Shown: positions 1-9,787 of the stretch, piece after piece
How the letters are laid out: every line of letters begins with the position of its first letter
Numbering within the stretch: position 1 is the first letter of the stretch
Assembly: GCA_965197585.1 (NCBI GenBank)
Contig: OZ240215.1
Span: 1,568,001 to 1,632,000, forward strand
Source of the DNA: Dehalococcoidia bacterium
Lineage (GTDB): Bacteria; Chloroflexota; Dehalococcoidia; Plut-88900
Direction of reading: 5' to 3'
DNA: 64,000 bases
Notes under the pieces: model-generated
The model's input: the letters and a program-made list of their open reading frames with translations, nothing else
Databases searched by the model: none
What the model was told of the DNA's origin: nothing
Program-made: the position numbers and the translations under genes

Positions 1-351
1 CCTGGCCGCCGTCGGAGTATTCAGCATATACAGCTGATTCCTCAGCCCCTCGGCCTCGACCTCCGTCGTAATCAATATCCCCTTCTCCACCGCCCCCCTC
101 AGCCCCTGCTCCAATACCTCGACTCGTTCAGTTAGGTGCTCTCCCAGACTAAGCGTCAAAGTCTTGTCGCCTAGCAGTTCCCTGAACGTCACAAATCGCG
201 GTGACCCTTTCTTCTGCTGGAGGGCCCAGAAAACGTGCAGGGCTATCTTCAGTTCTGCCGCGTCCTTGATCAACGGCATGAGCCGGGTGAAAAAGACGTT
301 GGGGATTGCCGTCTTTTGAGAGTTTGGTTGAAAACCCTCGAACGCCGCCAT
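1..351 (-). CDS. DnaD-domain replication protein, N-terminal part (runs off window start)
   Basis: Manual translation from ATG at 351: MAAFEGFQPNSQKTAIPNVFFTRLMPLIKDAAELKIALHVFWALQQKKGHPRFVTF..., resembling Chloroflexota DnaD-domain proteins; lies directly downstream of dnaB. Confidence 0.65.
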   Translation of the reverse strand, partial: MAAFEGFQPNSQKTAIPNVFFTRLMPLIKDAAELKIALHVFWALQQKKGSPRFVTFRELLGDKTLTLSLGEHLTERVEVLEQGLRGAVEKGILITTEVEAEGLRNQLYMLNTPTAAR

Positions 352-358
352 CAGACGG

Positions 359-1714
359 CTATGCCACGCCTACAGGCAATGGCTCGAACTTCGCGAGATG
401 GTCTATGAACCGCAGCTGCACCGTGCCCGTAGGCCCGTTCCTGTGCTTCCCGACTATGATGTCCGCTATCCCCTTCGGGTACATCTGGTCCGGGAACAGC
501 TTGTTCCACTGCTGCTCGTCATAGTAACGATCGGCCTTATAGATAAACATCACCACGTCTGCATCCTGCTCAATGCCCCCACTCTCTCTCAGATCGGACA
601 GCATGGGCCGGTGGTCATTTCGCAGCTCCGGCGCTCGGCTGAGCTGCGATAACGCCAGTAGGGGCACGTCCAGGTCCCTCGCCAGCAGCTTCAGAGACCT
701 GGATATCTCGCTCATCTCCGCAACGTTATTGTCGCCCCGCTGAAGCATCAACCCTATGTAGTCCACGATGATCAGATCAACGGGGTTTTCCAGGTGCAGC
801 CGTTTCGCCTTGCTGCGAAGCTCAACGATGTTCAGCAAGGCCGAATCGTCTATGTAGATCGGAGCCTGGGCCAGCTTACCCGTCGCCTCAATGACGTTGG
901 CCTCTTCATCCGCCGTGAACTCCCCAAGCCTGAACTTCCGCGTATCGACCCCCGACTCACTCGAAAGCAGACGCTGCACCACCTGCTGCTTACCCATCTC
1001 CAGGCTGAATACCGCCACCCGAGCCCCCTGCTCCAATGCAGCAGTGCGGGCGATGTTCAGCGCAAGGCTGCTTTTCCCTAAACTGGGCCTCGCCGCCAAT
1101 ATAATCAGGTCCGAACGGTGCAGACCACCCAGCAGGGTGTCCAGGTTGTGGAAACCGGTCAAAGCCACCGACAATGGCCCTGCCTCGGCGTCCGGCCCGA
1201 ACCCGCTCTCATCGAGATACTGGTCCAGGATTTCCCGGATGTGGACGAAGTCCCGAGAACCCTGCCCGCTCCTAAGCTGGAACAGGATGTCTTCGGCCTT
1301 GCTGAGCGCCTCATCTTCGTCGGGGCCCGCTTCATACCCGATCTTGGATATCTGGCCGGCCGACTCGATGATCCGGCGCATCATCGCCATCCGGTGCACG
1401 ATACGCGCGTAATGCTCAATGTGCGCCGATGTCGGCACCACCGAGATCAGTTGACTCAGATACGCCGCCCCGCCTGCACTGGTCAGCCTATCCAGCCGTG
1501 AAAGCTCATTCTCGACCGAGACCTGGTCAATCGCCACCCCACGGTCGTACAACCCTATGCAGGCCTGATAGCACCACCGGTTCGACTCCCTGTAGAAGTC
1601 CTCGGGATTCAGCAGAGGCGCTACCTCAGGCATCGCATCGCCGTTAATCAGCAGCGATCCTAAAACCGAGTCCTCCGCATCTATATCGTGTGGTGGCAGT
1701 CTTTCCGCGTACAT
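359..1714 (-). CDS. dnaB: Replicative DNA helicase DnaB
   Basis: N-terminal LPPHDIDAEDSVLG, Walker A AARPSLGKS, LSQLSR, SDLRESGGIEQDAD, KHRNGPTG. Confidence 0.98.
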   Translation of the reverse strand: MYAERLPPHDIDAEDSVLGSLLINGDAMPEVAPLLNPEDFYRESNRWCYQACIGLYDRGVAIDQVSVENELSRLDRLTSAGGAAYLSQLISVVPTSAHIEHYARIVHRMAMMRRIIESAGQISKIGYEAGPDEDEALSKAEDILFQLRSGQGSRDFVHIREILDQYLDESGFGPDAEAGPLSVALTGFHNLDTLLGGLHRSDLIILAARPSLGKSSLALNIARTAALEQGARVAVFSLEMGKQQVVQRLLSSESGVDTRKFRLGEFTADEEANVIEATGKLAQAPIYIDDSALLNIVELRSKAKRLHLENPVDLIIVDYIGLMLQRGDNNVAEMSEISRSLKLLARDLDVPLLALSQLSRAPELRNDHRPMLSDLRESGGIEQDADVVMFIYKADRYYDEQQWNKLFPDQMYPKGIADIIVGKHRNGPTGTVQLRFIDHLAKFEPLPVGVA

Positions 1715-1931
1715 CTATCCCTTATAGTGCCCTTTGCATAGTCCTGCGTCTTGGGTGAGGGGCGGCGTCCCACCCCCTCTCCCTCGATGGGAGAGGGGGT
1801 GGGGTGAGGGTGATTCGTACCTTGTAAGACCGGTTACGCAAAGGTTCCTCGACGTATGGACGTGATTCAGGTCTGGCTACAACAGTCAAGCAAAGGTCTC
1901 TCGCAGACTCCTAGCCGCTTCCGGCCCGAGA

Positions 1932-3029
1932 CTATCCGGATTCGTCGGATTGCTCGGACGGCATCCTTCGCTTGGCCCGCCGGACCGCAGCTGCCGCAGC
2001 CGACTCCTTGCCTGCCGCAGACCTTCTCTGTGTTGCGGCAGCCTCAACTTCTTCTTCTGATTCCACCGCGGCGGCAGAATCATCCTCCGTGACGGCGCTC
2101 TCCTCCGCTGTCGGTTCGTCCGCAGTTTCCTCGGCTACCGGTTCTTCGGCCACTTCCACTTCGGCCTCAGCGACAGGTGTTTCTTCCGACACGGGGGCCT
2201 CTTCCTCTACCTCCCCCACTGCGGTTTCCTCTTCCATCTCCGCAACAGGAGTCGATTCCTCTACCTCTGCGACAGGAGCCTCTTCTACCTCCGCCACGGG
2301 GGCTTCCTCTTCCACTTCAGCAACAGGGGCCTCTTCTTCTGCCTCAGCTACTGGAGTTTCTTCAATCTCCGCCGCCGGGGCTTCTTCTTCAATCTCCGCA
2401 ACAGGAGGTTCTTCCACATCAGCAACAGGAGCCTCTTCGACTACTTTAGCCACCACCGCCTCTTCCTGCACCTCGGCTACAGGCACTGCTTCCGTCGTCT
2501 CCTCAACAGCCGCCGCCGACACCTTCGCCGTCTCTCTGCTCTTAGGCGTTCTCGCTTTACGCTTGACTGCCGGCTTGGCAGGCGCAGCCTCGACAACCTG
2601 TACGGTCACCACGGGTTCAACCTCTTCAGCCAGCCTGAAAGTGACCTGATAGTCGCCCACGGCCTTAATTGGCTCTGCTAAATCCAGGTCCCGTGCCTCG
2701 ATCTTTTCTCCCGTAGCCTCGGCAACCGCCTCGGCAACCCTCGCCGACGATACCGACCCATACAACCGACCCGTAGGCCCGCTCCTCGCTTCAATAGTGA
2801 TCGTCAGGCCTTCCAGCTTGGGTGCCAGCTGTGCAGCCCGGGCCCCGGAAATACCCTGCCGTAGATCCTCTGCCCGCTTCAGGGCATCTACTCTTCGCAG
2901 CTGGTCCGGGGTGGCCAACACGGCTAGGTCCTTCGGGAACAGGTAGTTCCTCGCAAACCCGTTCTTCACTTCTTTTACGTCACCCGTTTTGGCGACGTTC
3001 TCGACTTCTTCCAGGAATATAACTCTCAC
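1932..3029 (-). CDS. rplI: 50S ribosomal protein L9 with long acidic low-complexity C-terminal extension
   Basis: GTG start giving MRVIFLEEV..GDVKEVKNGFARNYLFP, GRLYGSVS; about 215 extra Ala/Glu/Val/Pro-rich residues follow. Confidence 0.93.
   Translation of the reverse strand: MRVIFLEEVENVAKTGDVKEVKNGFARNYLFPKDLAVLATPDQLRRVDALKRAEDLRQGISGARAAQLAPKLEGLTITIEARSGPTGRLYGSVSSARVAEAVAEATGEKIEARDLDLAEPIKAVGDYQVTFRLAEEVEPVVTVQVVEAAPAKPAVKRKARTPKSRETAKVSAAAVEETTEAVPVAEVQEEAVVAKVVEEAPVADVEEPPVAEIEEEAPAAEIEETPVAEAEEEAPVAEVEEEAPVAEVEEAPVAEVEESTPVAEMEEETAVGEVEEEAPVSEETPVAEAEVEVAEEPVAEETADEPTAEESAVTEDDSAAAVESEEEVEAAATQRRSAAGKESAAAAAVRRAKRRMPSEQSDESG
2140..2480 (-). repeat. Degenerate coding tandem repeat (APVAEVEEE-like, ~8-9 aa unit) in L9 tail
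   Basis: About a dozen APVAE[VI]EEE-like units in the translation. Confidence 0.85.
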
Positions 3030-3144
3030 TTCGAACCCGAACCTTTCTATCGACGCTTGTTTGGCGATATTAATTGGGCATTCAGCCCAAGGCAATTATA
3101 TACTGCTGGCGGGGCGGGACAAGAACGTCAGCAAGAAAAACATA

Positions 3145-5343
3145 CTACCTCATGGCCTCCGACAGACCGTTTGTCCACACCCGCTCTATTTTCTTCAACG
3201 GCAGGTCTATGTAATTCCCTATCGTCAGCCGGTCTCCCCCCACCACCCCCAGCCCCATAACCGTCACCCCTGACTCCTCCGCCATCTTCCTAACTCCTTC
3301 AACGTCCCCCGGAGCAACCGATACCACTATACGGGACTGCCTCTCCCCAAACAGCACTGCATCCCACCGCCCCTTCACCCCAATCTCCCCACTGAACCCG
3401 ATCTGCCCACGCACAGCACACAATGCCAGGGCAACCCCCAGCCCACCCATTGAGCAATCGTGCGCCGACCGAAGGAGGCCCTTTTCTATAAGTGAGATGC
3501 AAAGCTCTTGTACCCGCTTCTCAGTGTTCAAGCTTATCGATGGTTTTCCGGCAACAGTCCCGTGCATCACTTCCAGGTACTCGCTTCCACCTAGTCCGTC
3601 GGCAGATGGTGGAGTGCCCAAAAGCAGCACCTCGTCCCCCGGCTCCTGAAATCCCATCCGGCACGCGAGGGATACGTCTTCCAGGAGTCCCAGCACCCCG
3701 GCCACTGGGGTCGGGTAAATCGGCTCGTTCATCGTTTCGTTGTAAAGGCTGACGTTGCCGCTTATCACCGGTATTCCGAAGGTATTGCAGGCCTCCGTCA
3801 TCCCCTTGATGCACTGCTCCAGCTGGTAATACACCTCAGGCTTCTCCGGGTTTCCGAAGTTCAGGCAGTCTGTCACCGCTATCGCCCGTGCCCCGACACA
3901 CGCCACGTTCCTGGCCGCTTCTGCCACCGCTATCGCTCCCCCTGCATACGGGTCAAGGTAGCAGTATCGTCCGTTCCCGTCCGTCGAGAGAGCAATGGCC
4001 TTCCCAGTCCCCTTTATTCGTAGCAGCGCAGCGTCTCCGCCTGGCGGCACTACGGTGTTGGTCATCACCTGATGGTCATATTGCCTGTACACCGACTCCT
4101 TGCTCGCCACATTCGGCGAGGCCAGCAGTCGAAGCAGGACCTCATCCGGCCCCGAGTCCGGCATTGGCAATGAATCAAAGTCGAACCCCTGAAGCTCCGT
4201 TAGCCCCTCCGGCTTCCTGCTTTCAATCGTGTACAGTGGAGGTTCGGTCAGCACGTTAACCGGCAAGTCTGAGACCAATTCCCCATCGTCCCTAACCTTG
4301 ACCCGACCGTCATCCGTGACCTTTCCGATGACATCGGAGTGAAGGTCCCACTTTTCCGTTATCTCGTCGACTTCTGCCTTCCTATCCGGGGTCACGATTA
4401 GCAGCATCCTCTCCTGCGATTCGGAGAGCATGATTTCGTAGGGAGTCATGCCTTCCTCGCGTCTCGGCACCCGTGCCACGTCTATATCGACACCGCTCCC
4501 CGCCCGACCCGCGCTCTCCACCACCGAGCTGGTCAATCCCGCCGCCCCGAGGTCGGCAAGCCCCACCAACAACCCCGCCTCCGATAGCTCCAGGCACGCC
4601 TCTATCAACACCTTTTCCAGGAACGGATTGCCCACCTGTACCGTCGGCCTCAACTCCCTTTCCTCTTCGAAAGTCCGTGACGCCAGCCCCGAGGCCCCAT
4701 GAATTCCGTCCCTTCCCGTATCTGCACCCACCAGAATTAGCAGATTGCCCGTGCCCTCCGCCCGTGCCTTCAATAGTCCCTCACTCCGCACAATCCCCAC
4801 GCACATGGCATTCACCAACGGGTTCCCCGAATACGTCGGGGAAAACACCACCTCGCCCCCGACATTGGGTATCCCAAGACAGTTGCCGTACCCGCTTATA
4901 CCGCTCACCACCCCGTTGAACAGGTACCGGTTACGCGCCGAGTCCAGGGGCCCGAATCGAAGAGAATTCATCAGGGCGATTGGTCTCGCCCCCATTGTGA
5001 ATATATCCCGTACTATGCCCCCCACCCCCGTCGCCGCCCCCTCATACGGCTCGATGGCTGAGGGATGGTTGTGAGACTCGATTTTCATCACCACCGCCAA
5101 CCCGCCTCCGATATCGACAGCCCCCGCGTTTTCCGCGCCCGGCTCCACCAGCACCCTTTCACTATCCGAGGGGAACATCCTCAGCAAGGGCTTGGAGTGC
5201 TTGTAACTGCAATGCTCACTCCAAAGAGACCCGATAATCCCCAGTTCGACGAGGTTAGGCTCTCTCCCGAGCTTGTCCACGGCCAACGCGTACTCCTCGG
5301 GGGAAATGGCAAGTTGGTCCAGGGCCTCGGAAGATACGTTCAT
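3145..5343 (-). CDS. purL: Phosphoribosylformylglycinamidine synthase subunit PurL
   Basis: [56 protein letters not shown]; start placed at ATG 5343. Confidence 0.97.
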   Translation of the reverse strand: MNVSSEALDQLAISPEEYALAVDKLGREPNLVELGIIGSLWSEHCSYKHSKPLLRMFPSDSERVLVEPGAENAGAVDIGGGLAVVMKIESHNHPSAIEPYEGAATGVGGIVRDIFTMGARPIALMNSLRFGPLDSARNRYLFNGVVSGISGYGNCLGIPNVGGEVVFSPTYSGNPLVNAMCVGIVRSEGLLKARAEGTGNLLILVGADTGRDGIHGASGLASRTFEEERELRPTVQVGNPFLEKVLIEACLELSEAGLLVGLADLGAAGLTSSVVESAGRAGSGVDIDVARVPRREEGMTPYEIMLSESQERMLLIVTPDRKAEVDEITEKWDLHSDVIGKVTDDGRVKVRDDGELVSDLPVNVLTEPPLYTIESRKPEGLTELQGFDFDSLPMPDSGPDEVLLRLLASPNVASKESVYRQYDHQVMTNTVVPPGGDAALLRIKGTGKAIALSTDGNGRYCYLDPYAGGAIAVAEAARNVACVGARAIAVTDCLNFGNPEKPEVYYQLEQCIKGMTEACNTFGIPVISGNVSLYNETMNEPIYPTPVAGVLGLLEDVSLACRMGFQEPGDEVLLLGTPPSADGLGGSEYLEVMHGTVAGKPSISLNTEKRVQELCISLIEKGLLRSAHDCSMGGLGVALALCAVRGQIGFSGEIGVKGRWDAVLFGERQSRIVVSVAPGDVEGVRKMAEESGVTVMGLGVVGGDRLTIGNYIDLPLKKIERVWTNGLSEAMR

Positions 5344-5378
5344 CCTAGGCTTCCCTCGGCCCATGCATGACGCTTCTG

Positions 5379-6239
5379 TCAGTAAGGATCGGCAAACAGC
5401 ACCCCCACGGCAATGGCATTGTTCAGTAAGTGGACAAGAATCGAGGCCCACAGCGCCCCGGTTCTATGATATAGCCATGCGAGCAGCAGCCCCAAGACGA
5501 AAAGAGGTGGGAATCTCAGCGGTTCCAGGTGCGCTCCCATGAAAAGTAGGGAGCTAATCGTCGCCCCCCATACCGGCCCCCACCGCCCCGCCAGCCCCGC
5601 GAAAATGAAGCCTCTGAAAAATAACTCCTCCATAAACGGAGCCAGCGCAACAGCTATAATCGCTAGCCCGATCACGTATTCCGTACCGCCTTCCAGGAAT
5701 GGCGTGGGGGACAAGTCTTCCGTGTCGACACCCGCCGCCTCCAGGATCAGGTAATACACCACCTGCACCGTCAACTCTGCAACCAGGACGACTATCCCCC
5801 ACCCCGCATCCCGGAGCGCGGGTTTCCGCCAAAATCCCAAGGCACTCCACCGGACTCGCCTTCGGGATACGGCGAAGAACCAGACCGTGACCGGCTGCGC
5901 CAGCTGCGCCAGCAGCATCCCCACCAGCAGGGGGACCCCCGTGTACTCGACATCCGCCACTCTCGCCACCACCAGGACAATCGCTAAAATAGAGACGGCC
6001 TGGATGATGTAGAAGCCCGTGCCCAGCGCCACGTCCCCAACACCCCACGCCACCCGACGCCCCGGCCCCTGGGGATCAGTCGCGGCAGCGCCGAATGACG
6101 TCTCGGCTACGACAGGATGGATATGTACCCCGCACCGGGTGCAAAACCGCCAATCGGGTTGTAAGCGCTGTCCGCAGGTGCTGCAAAACACAGGTGGGGC
6201 ATGGGAAGTTTGCGCGGAAGGTTCGTCGGAAGAGTACAT
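5379..6239 (-). CDS. CPBP/CAAX-family intramembrane glutamic endopeptidase with N-terminal zinc ribbon
   Basis: FCSTCG..FCTRCG ribbon; [21 protein letters not shown] motifs; multiple TM segments. Confidence 0.9.
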   Translation of the reverse strand: MYSSDEPSAQTSHAPPVFCSTCGQRLQPDWRFCTRCGVHIHPVVAETSFGAAATDPQGPGRRVAWGVGDVALGTGFYIIQAVSILAIVLVVARVADVEYTGVPLLVGMLLAQLAQPVTVWFFAVSRRRVRWSALGFWRKPALRDAGWGIVVLVAELTVQVVYYLILEAAGVDTEDLSPTPFLEGGTEYVIGLAIIAVALAPFMEELFFRGFIFAGLAGRWGPVWGATISSLLFMGAHLEPLRFPPLFVLGLLLAWLYHRTGALWASILVHLLNNAIAVGVLFADPY

Positions 6240-6298
6240 CGGGCGAATTTCCTACTCTGTACGGCGTCGTGCGGAAAGCAAGACAGAAGGGTGAAGAA

Positions 6299-6994
6299 TC
6301 ATCGACGCACGACAGCCCCGACTATCGCCTCGAAGATATACAGCCCATCCGTTCCCCCGAGCACCGGCTCGCAGCAACGCTCAGGGTGTGGCATCATCCC
6401 CAGCACGTTCCCCTCTCGATTCATGATTCCCGCAATCCCATTCAACGAGCCGTTGGGATTCGCTTCAGGGCTTACGGCGCCATCCTCGGCGCAATAACGG
6501 AACAGCACGCGGCCCTCTGTGTCCAGGGTGCGAAGCGTCGCATCATCGGCGTAGTAGCGGCCCTCGCCGTGAGAAATGGGCACCCGAAGCCTCTGTCCCG
6601 ACTCGCAGTTCCCCGTAAACACCGACTCCGAGTTGTCGACTCTCAGGTTAACCCATTCGCACCGAAACTCCAGGCTGTCGTTTCTCAACAGTGCTCCCGG
6701 CAGAAGCCCCGCTTCACAAAGGACTTGAAAGCCGTTGCATATCCCAATCACCAGGCCCCCGCGTCCGGCAAAATCAACCACAGCCTCCATCACCGGGGAA
6801 AACCGGGCGATAGCCCCGCATCTCAAATAGTCGCCATACGAAAACCCGCCTGGCAGAACAACGCAGTCATATGACGACAGGTCCGTATCCTTGTGCCAAA
6901 TGTAGCTGACCTCTTGGCCAAGCACTTCATCCAGAACGTGGTAGCAATCGACGTCGCTCCACGTCCCCGGAAATACAACTACCCCAAATCTCAT
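6299..6994 (-). CDS. purQ: Phosphoribosylformylglycinamidine synthase subunit PurQ
   Basis: [32 protein letters not shown]. Confidence 0.97.
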   Translation of the reverse strand: MRFGVVVFPGTWSDVDCYHVLDEVLGQEVSYIWHKDTDLSSYDCVVLPGGFSYGDYLRCGAIARFSPVMEAVVDFAGRGGLVIGICNGFQVLCEAGLLPGALLRNDSLEFRCEWVNLRVDNSESVFTGNCESGQRLRVPISHGEGRYYADDATLRTLDTEGRVLFRYCAEDGAVSPEANPNGSLNGIAGIMNREGNVLGMMPHPERCCEPVLGGTDGLYIFEAIVGAVVRR

Positions 6995-7080
6995 ACGCAG
7001 TCCCGATTAATATCCTCATCACCTCTCCCTGGAAAAACCTTTGCGTAACCCCGCTCCATAGATGGAGGGGGGAGGTTCAG

Positions 7081-7141
7081 TCCCCTCTCCCTTGACGGGA
7101 GTCGTAGATGCGCCGAGGCGTGAGGGCTAGGGTGAGGGTGA
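7081..7141. repeat. REP-like CCCTCTCCC-n-GGGAGAGGG-GGGTGAGGG repeat, interrupted here by a 21-nt module; relatives at ~1773-1812, 22805-22845, 30213-30265, 62698-62760
   Basis: Same palindromic motif seen five times in intergenic DNA. Confidence 0.75.
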
Positions 7142-7182
7142 AGGCTTTATTGACACTCTAATACAAACCCGCCGGACAAACT

Positions 7183-7222
7183 AAAGCCCGGCTCCCTGAT
7201 TAATCATAACCCAGGACCGGGC
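7183..7222 (-). terminator. Probable intrinsic terminator after rpsU-yqeY
   Basis: Minus strand GCCCGGTCCTG...CAGGGAGCCGGGC followed by a short T run. Confidence 0.5.
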
Positions 7223-7247
7223 CCCATGACCTCTTATATGCCTATGC

Positions 7248-7703
7248 TTAAACTGATTTCCCGGCCAGCAACTCCCCGACTATCTGGCTTACCAGCTTCC
7301 CGTCCGCCTTGCCCTTCACCTGGGGCATCAGCCGTCCCATCACCTTACCTCGATCGCCAGCCCCTACGGCGCCGGTTTCCTCTATCACCGAACGTGCGAT
7401 CTCGGTGATCTCCTCTGCGCTGAGTTGCTCGGGCAGATAGCTGGAAATGAGAGCCAGTTCCGCCTCTTCCTTTTCCACAAGGTCGGGCCTATTGCCCTTC
7501 TGGAAAGCATCGATGCTCTCTCTCCGCCTCTTCGCCTCCCGAGACAGTATTTGAATCACGCCGTCGTCACCCAGGGCCTTCCCCTGGGATTTCTCCTCCG
7601 ACTGCAGACTGGCCTTAATAAGACGTAAGGCGGAGCGCCGGAATTCATCCTTACTGCGCACCGCCTCAAGCAGTTCGGCGTCTAGTTGTTCTCGTAGAGA
7701 CAT
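7248..7703 (-). CDS. GatB/YqeY domain protein
   Basis: MSLREQL, KRRRESIDAFQKGNRPDL, YLPEQLS, GKVMG..KGKADGK; typical position after rpsU. Confidence 0.95.
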   Translation of the reverse strand: MSLREQLDAELLEAVRSKDEFRRSALRLIKASLQSEEKSQGKALGDDGVIQILSREAKRRRESIDAFQKGNRPDLVEKEEAELALISSYLPEQLSAEEITEIARSVIEETGAVGAGDRGKVMGRLMPQVKGKADGKLVSQIVGELLAGKSV

Positions 7704-7730
7704 CTGCCCATCCGGTCACGTGACCCGGGG

Positions 7731-7916
7731 CTACCTCCGCGCGGTACGCCGTTTCCGGGCTGCCGCTGCGATTTTCTTCTTCCGCTTGATGCTCGGCTTC
7801 TCGTAGTATTCACGCCGCCTGGCCTCGGAAAGAATGCCGTTCTGCTGCACTTTCTTATTGAACCGCTTCAGCAGACTTTCGAAGTTTTCGTCTCGCCCCA
7901 ACTTTACCTCGGACAA
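7731..7916 (-). CDS. rpsU: 30S ribosomal protein S21
   Basis: [20 protein letters not shown]. Confidence 0.96.
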   Translation of the reverse strand: MSEVKLGRDENFESLLKRFNKKVQQNGILSEARRREYYEKPSIKRKKKIAAAARKRRTARR

Positions 7917-8281
7917 ACTGGAAGCCTCCCACCTGCGCTATCTAATCGATACCGGTTTAACTATAGAAACGGATTCTGATTATATGTACGACGCAATTGA
8001 GTGTCAACAAAACCCCTCCAGAATCTCCCCAACCCTCCTCACCCCGTCATACCGAGGCCCCGCGAGGAATCCGGGCCCTGCTCTCTCACCCCCTTCCTCC
8101 CCTCCCTCATTCCGCCAGAGCCAGTTCCGTTCTTGATACGGGGGCCGGGACCTGAGCGGTGTGCGCGGAAACCGACGTCCCTGCGCGCCTACCATCGTCC
8201 CCCCTCTTTTCTTCGTCATCCCTGCGTCGGCGGGGACCCACACGATCATTCGGGCATAGCGCACGCCTGCCGTACGAGCCT

Positions 8282-8812
8282 TCACCCGGTAGGACCGGCG
8301 GGCGGGAGAGGGCCGGTGGAGCGGTCGGTTCCGAGGGTAGGCCAGATACGCAGGAGGACGGTCTCCGCTGGCGGGACGGGCATCATGGCGCGGCGCGGGA
8401 GGTCGCGGGATGCGAGCGCGCGCCTGACCGCCTCGGCGCTCGCCTCGGGCTGGGTAGAAGCACACGCCAGCACGACATCGACACGCGCGGGAACGGTACG
8501 CCCGCAATGGACGACCGTCGCAAGTGCGCCGGGCTCGAGGTTCCGCCACCACCCGCCGTGGAGGCTGGTCAACGCCTCGAGCGCGCCGTCGTCCGCTCGG
8601 CGGTAGGCGACGGGTGTCTCGTAGCGCTTGCCGGTGCGCCTGCCCTCGAAGCACAGGACGATGACGTGCCGGCTCATCAGTCCGTGCAGTGGTGAGTGGA
8701 GTAGGGCGCGGGCGAGGGGGTTGATCTTGGGAAAAACGGCAGGCACGAGCCGCCGCGCCACCCACCTCGCGATGGCCGTCCTGAGCGAGCACGTCTTGAT
8801 ACGCGTTCTCAT
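8282..8812 (-). CDS. Deazaflavin (F420)-dependent nitroreductase/DDN-like split-barrel protein
   Basis: NPLARALLHSPLHGL, FEGRRTGKRYETPV, WWRNL. Confidence 0.7.
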   Translation of the reverse strand: MRTRIKTCSLRTAIARWVARRLVPAVFPKINPLARALLHSPLHGLMSRHVIVLCFEGRRTGKRYETPVAYRRADDGALEALTSLHGGWWRNLEPGALATVVHCGRTVPARVDVVLACASTQPEASAEAVRRALASRDLPRRAMMPVPPAETVLLRIWPTLGTDRSTGPLPPAGPTG

Positions 8813-8990
8813 TCGTCGGACCGCCCGTTTACCGCTCTCAGGCCAAGCATGCCGATGAGCGTAGCGGAGACGGCGGGGGCGTGTCTATCATCGGCGGGGC
8901 GCTTGGCAAGGCCCGCTTCCCCCTCCAGCACGTAGCGCTCGAGTAGTTGATAGACGGTCGGGGCGAAACCCCGTTGCGCGAACGAATCCC
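8809..8990 (-). pseudogene. Possible 3' remnant of a truncated gene coupled to the DDN-like gene
   Basis: Open frame ends in GAATGA overlapping the next ATG; 5' end runs into a REP mosaic. Confidence 0.3.
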
Positions 8991-9016
8991 GCCTCTCTAT
9001 CCTACCCCTTCCCTCC

Positions 9017-9590
9017 GTCATTCCTGCCTAGGTCGTAGATGCGCCTTTGGCGTGTAGGCCGAAGGTGCGCCGTGACGTGAATCCATCGCCGGATGCGGGG
9101 TCGGTCGTCCCGTCTTTCATGCGGGGCCGCTCACCCTGAGCAAGCTGAAAGTCCGCCGAGGCGGATCGAAGGGTCGAGCGGGGGCGACCCACGCCCCTCC
9201 AATCCGTCACGCCCCACCCCCCGAGGGGAGCCTGTCCGCCAAAGGCGGATCATCCCGAGGCCCCACGAGGGATATAGGACTTGCCCTCTCACACCCTTCC
9301 TCGCCTTTCCTCGCCCTCCCCACTTGGTAACGATATACCAATAAAACAGGGCGGGTGGGCAGGCTGTAAGTGCGCCTATGGCGTGACTCAACTTATCCCG
9401 GCGGGGTCGGGAAGGGCGTCCCCCCCCCCCGACCCCCTCCCTCAACCCACCATTCCGATGCCCCGCGAGGTCGGAGATGCGCCTTAGGCGTGAATCTAGG
9501 ACTTGCCCACTCACACATCTTACCCCCTCCCCAGCGTTGGGCCGCTCATGCTGAGGCTCTCGAAGTATGAGCGGGGGGCGGCCCGCGTTT
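9017..9590. repeat. Mosaic of REP-like palindromic modules; partly homologous mosaics at 22440-22850 and 30040-30290
   Basis: Shared blocks GAGCCTGTCCGCCnAAGGCGGATCAT, GCCGCTCACCCTGAG..TCGAAGGGTCGAGCGGGGG, TTGGnAACGATATA..CAATAAAACAGGG. Confidence 0.8.
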
Positions 9591-9676
9591 GCCAATCCGT
9601 CGCGCCCGTCTTTCCCCCGGACACCCCATTCCACCCCATCATCCTCTCACTCCCCGGTACGTGTGGCATAACCCCC

Positions 9677-9705
9677 TTGACTTTACTGAACATATGTACT
9701 ATATT
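9677..9705 (+). promoter_or_regulatory. sigma70 promoter with LexA-type operator (element copy 1)
   Basis: TTGACT(9677)-17 bp-TATATT(9700); GAAC-ATAT-GTAC at 9688-9699. Confidence 0.75.
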
Positions 9706-9787
9706 ACCTCTCAGGCCCGACATCCCGCGTCGGCCCTAATCAAGGAATAGGTGGAACATCCGCCCCTGGCGGAACAAAAGGAGTCCC

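Noticed and set aside
1972-2649. Ser/Thr/Ala-rich plus-strand ORF
   Set aside because: Antisense shadow of the repetitive L9 tail
6995-7247. ZTP or purine riboswitch upstream of purQ
   Set aside because: Region is explained by a REP-like repeat and a terminator; consensus motifs are absent
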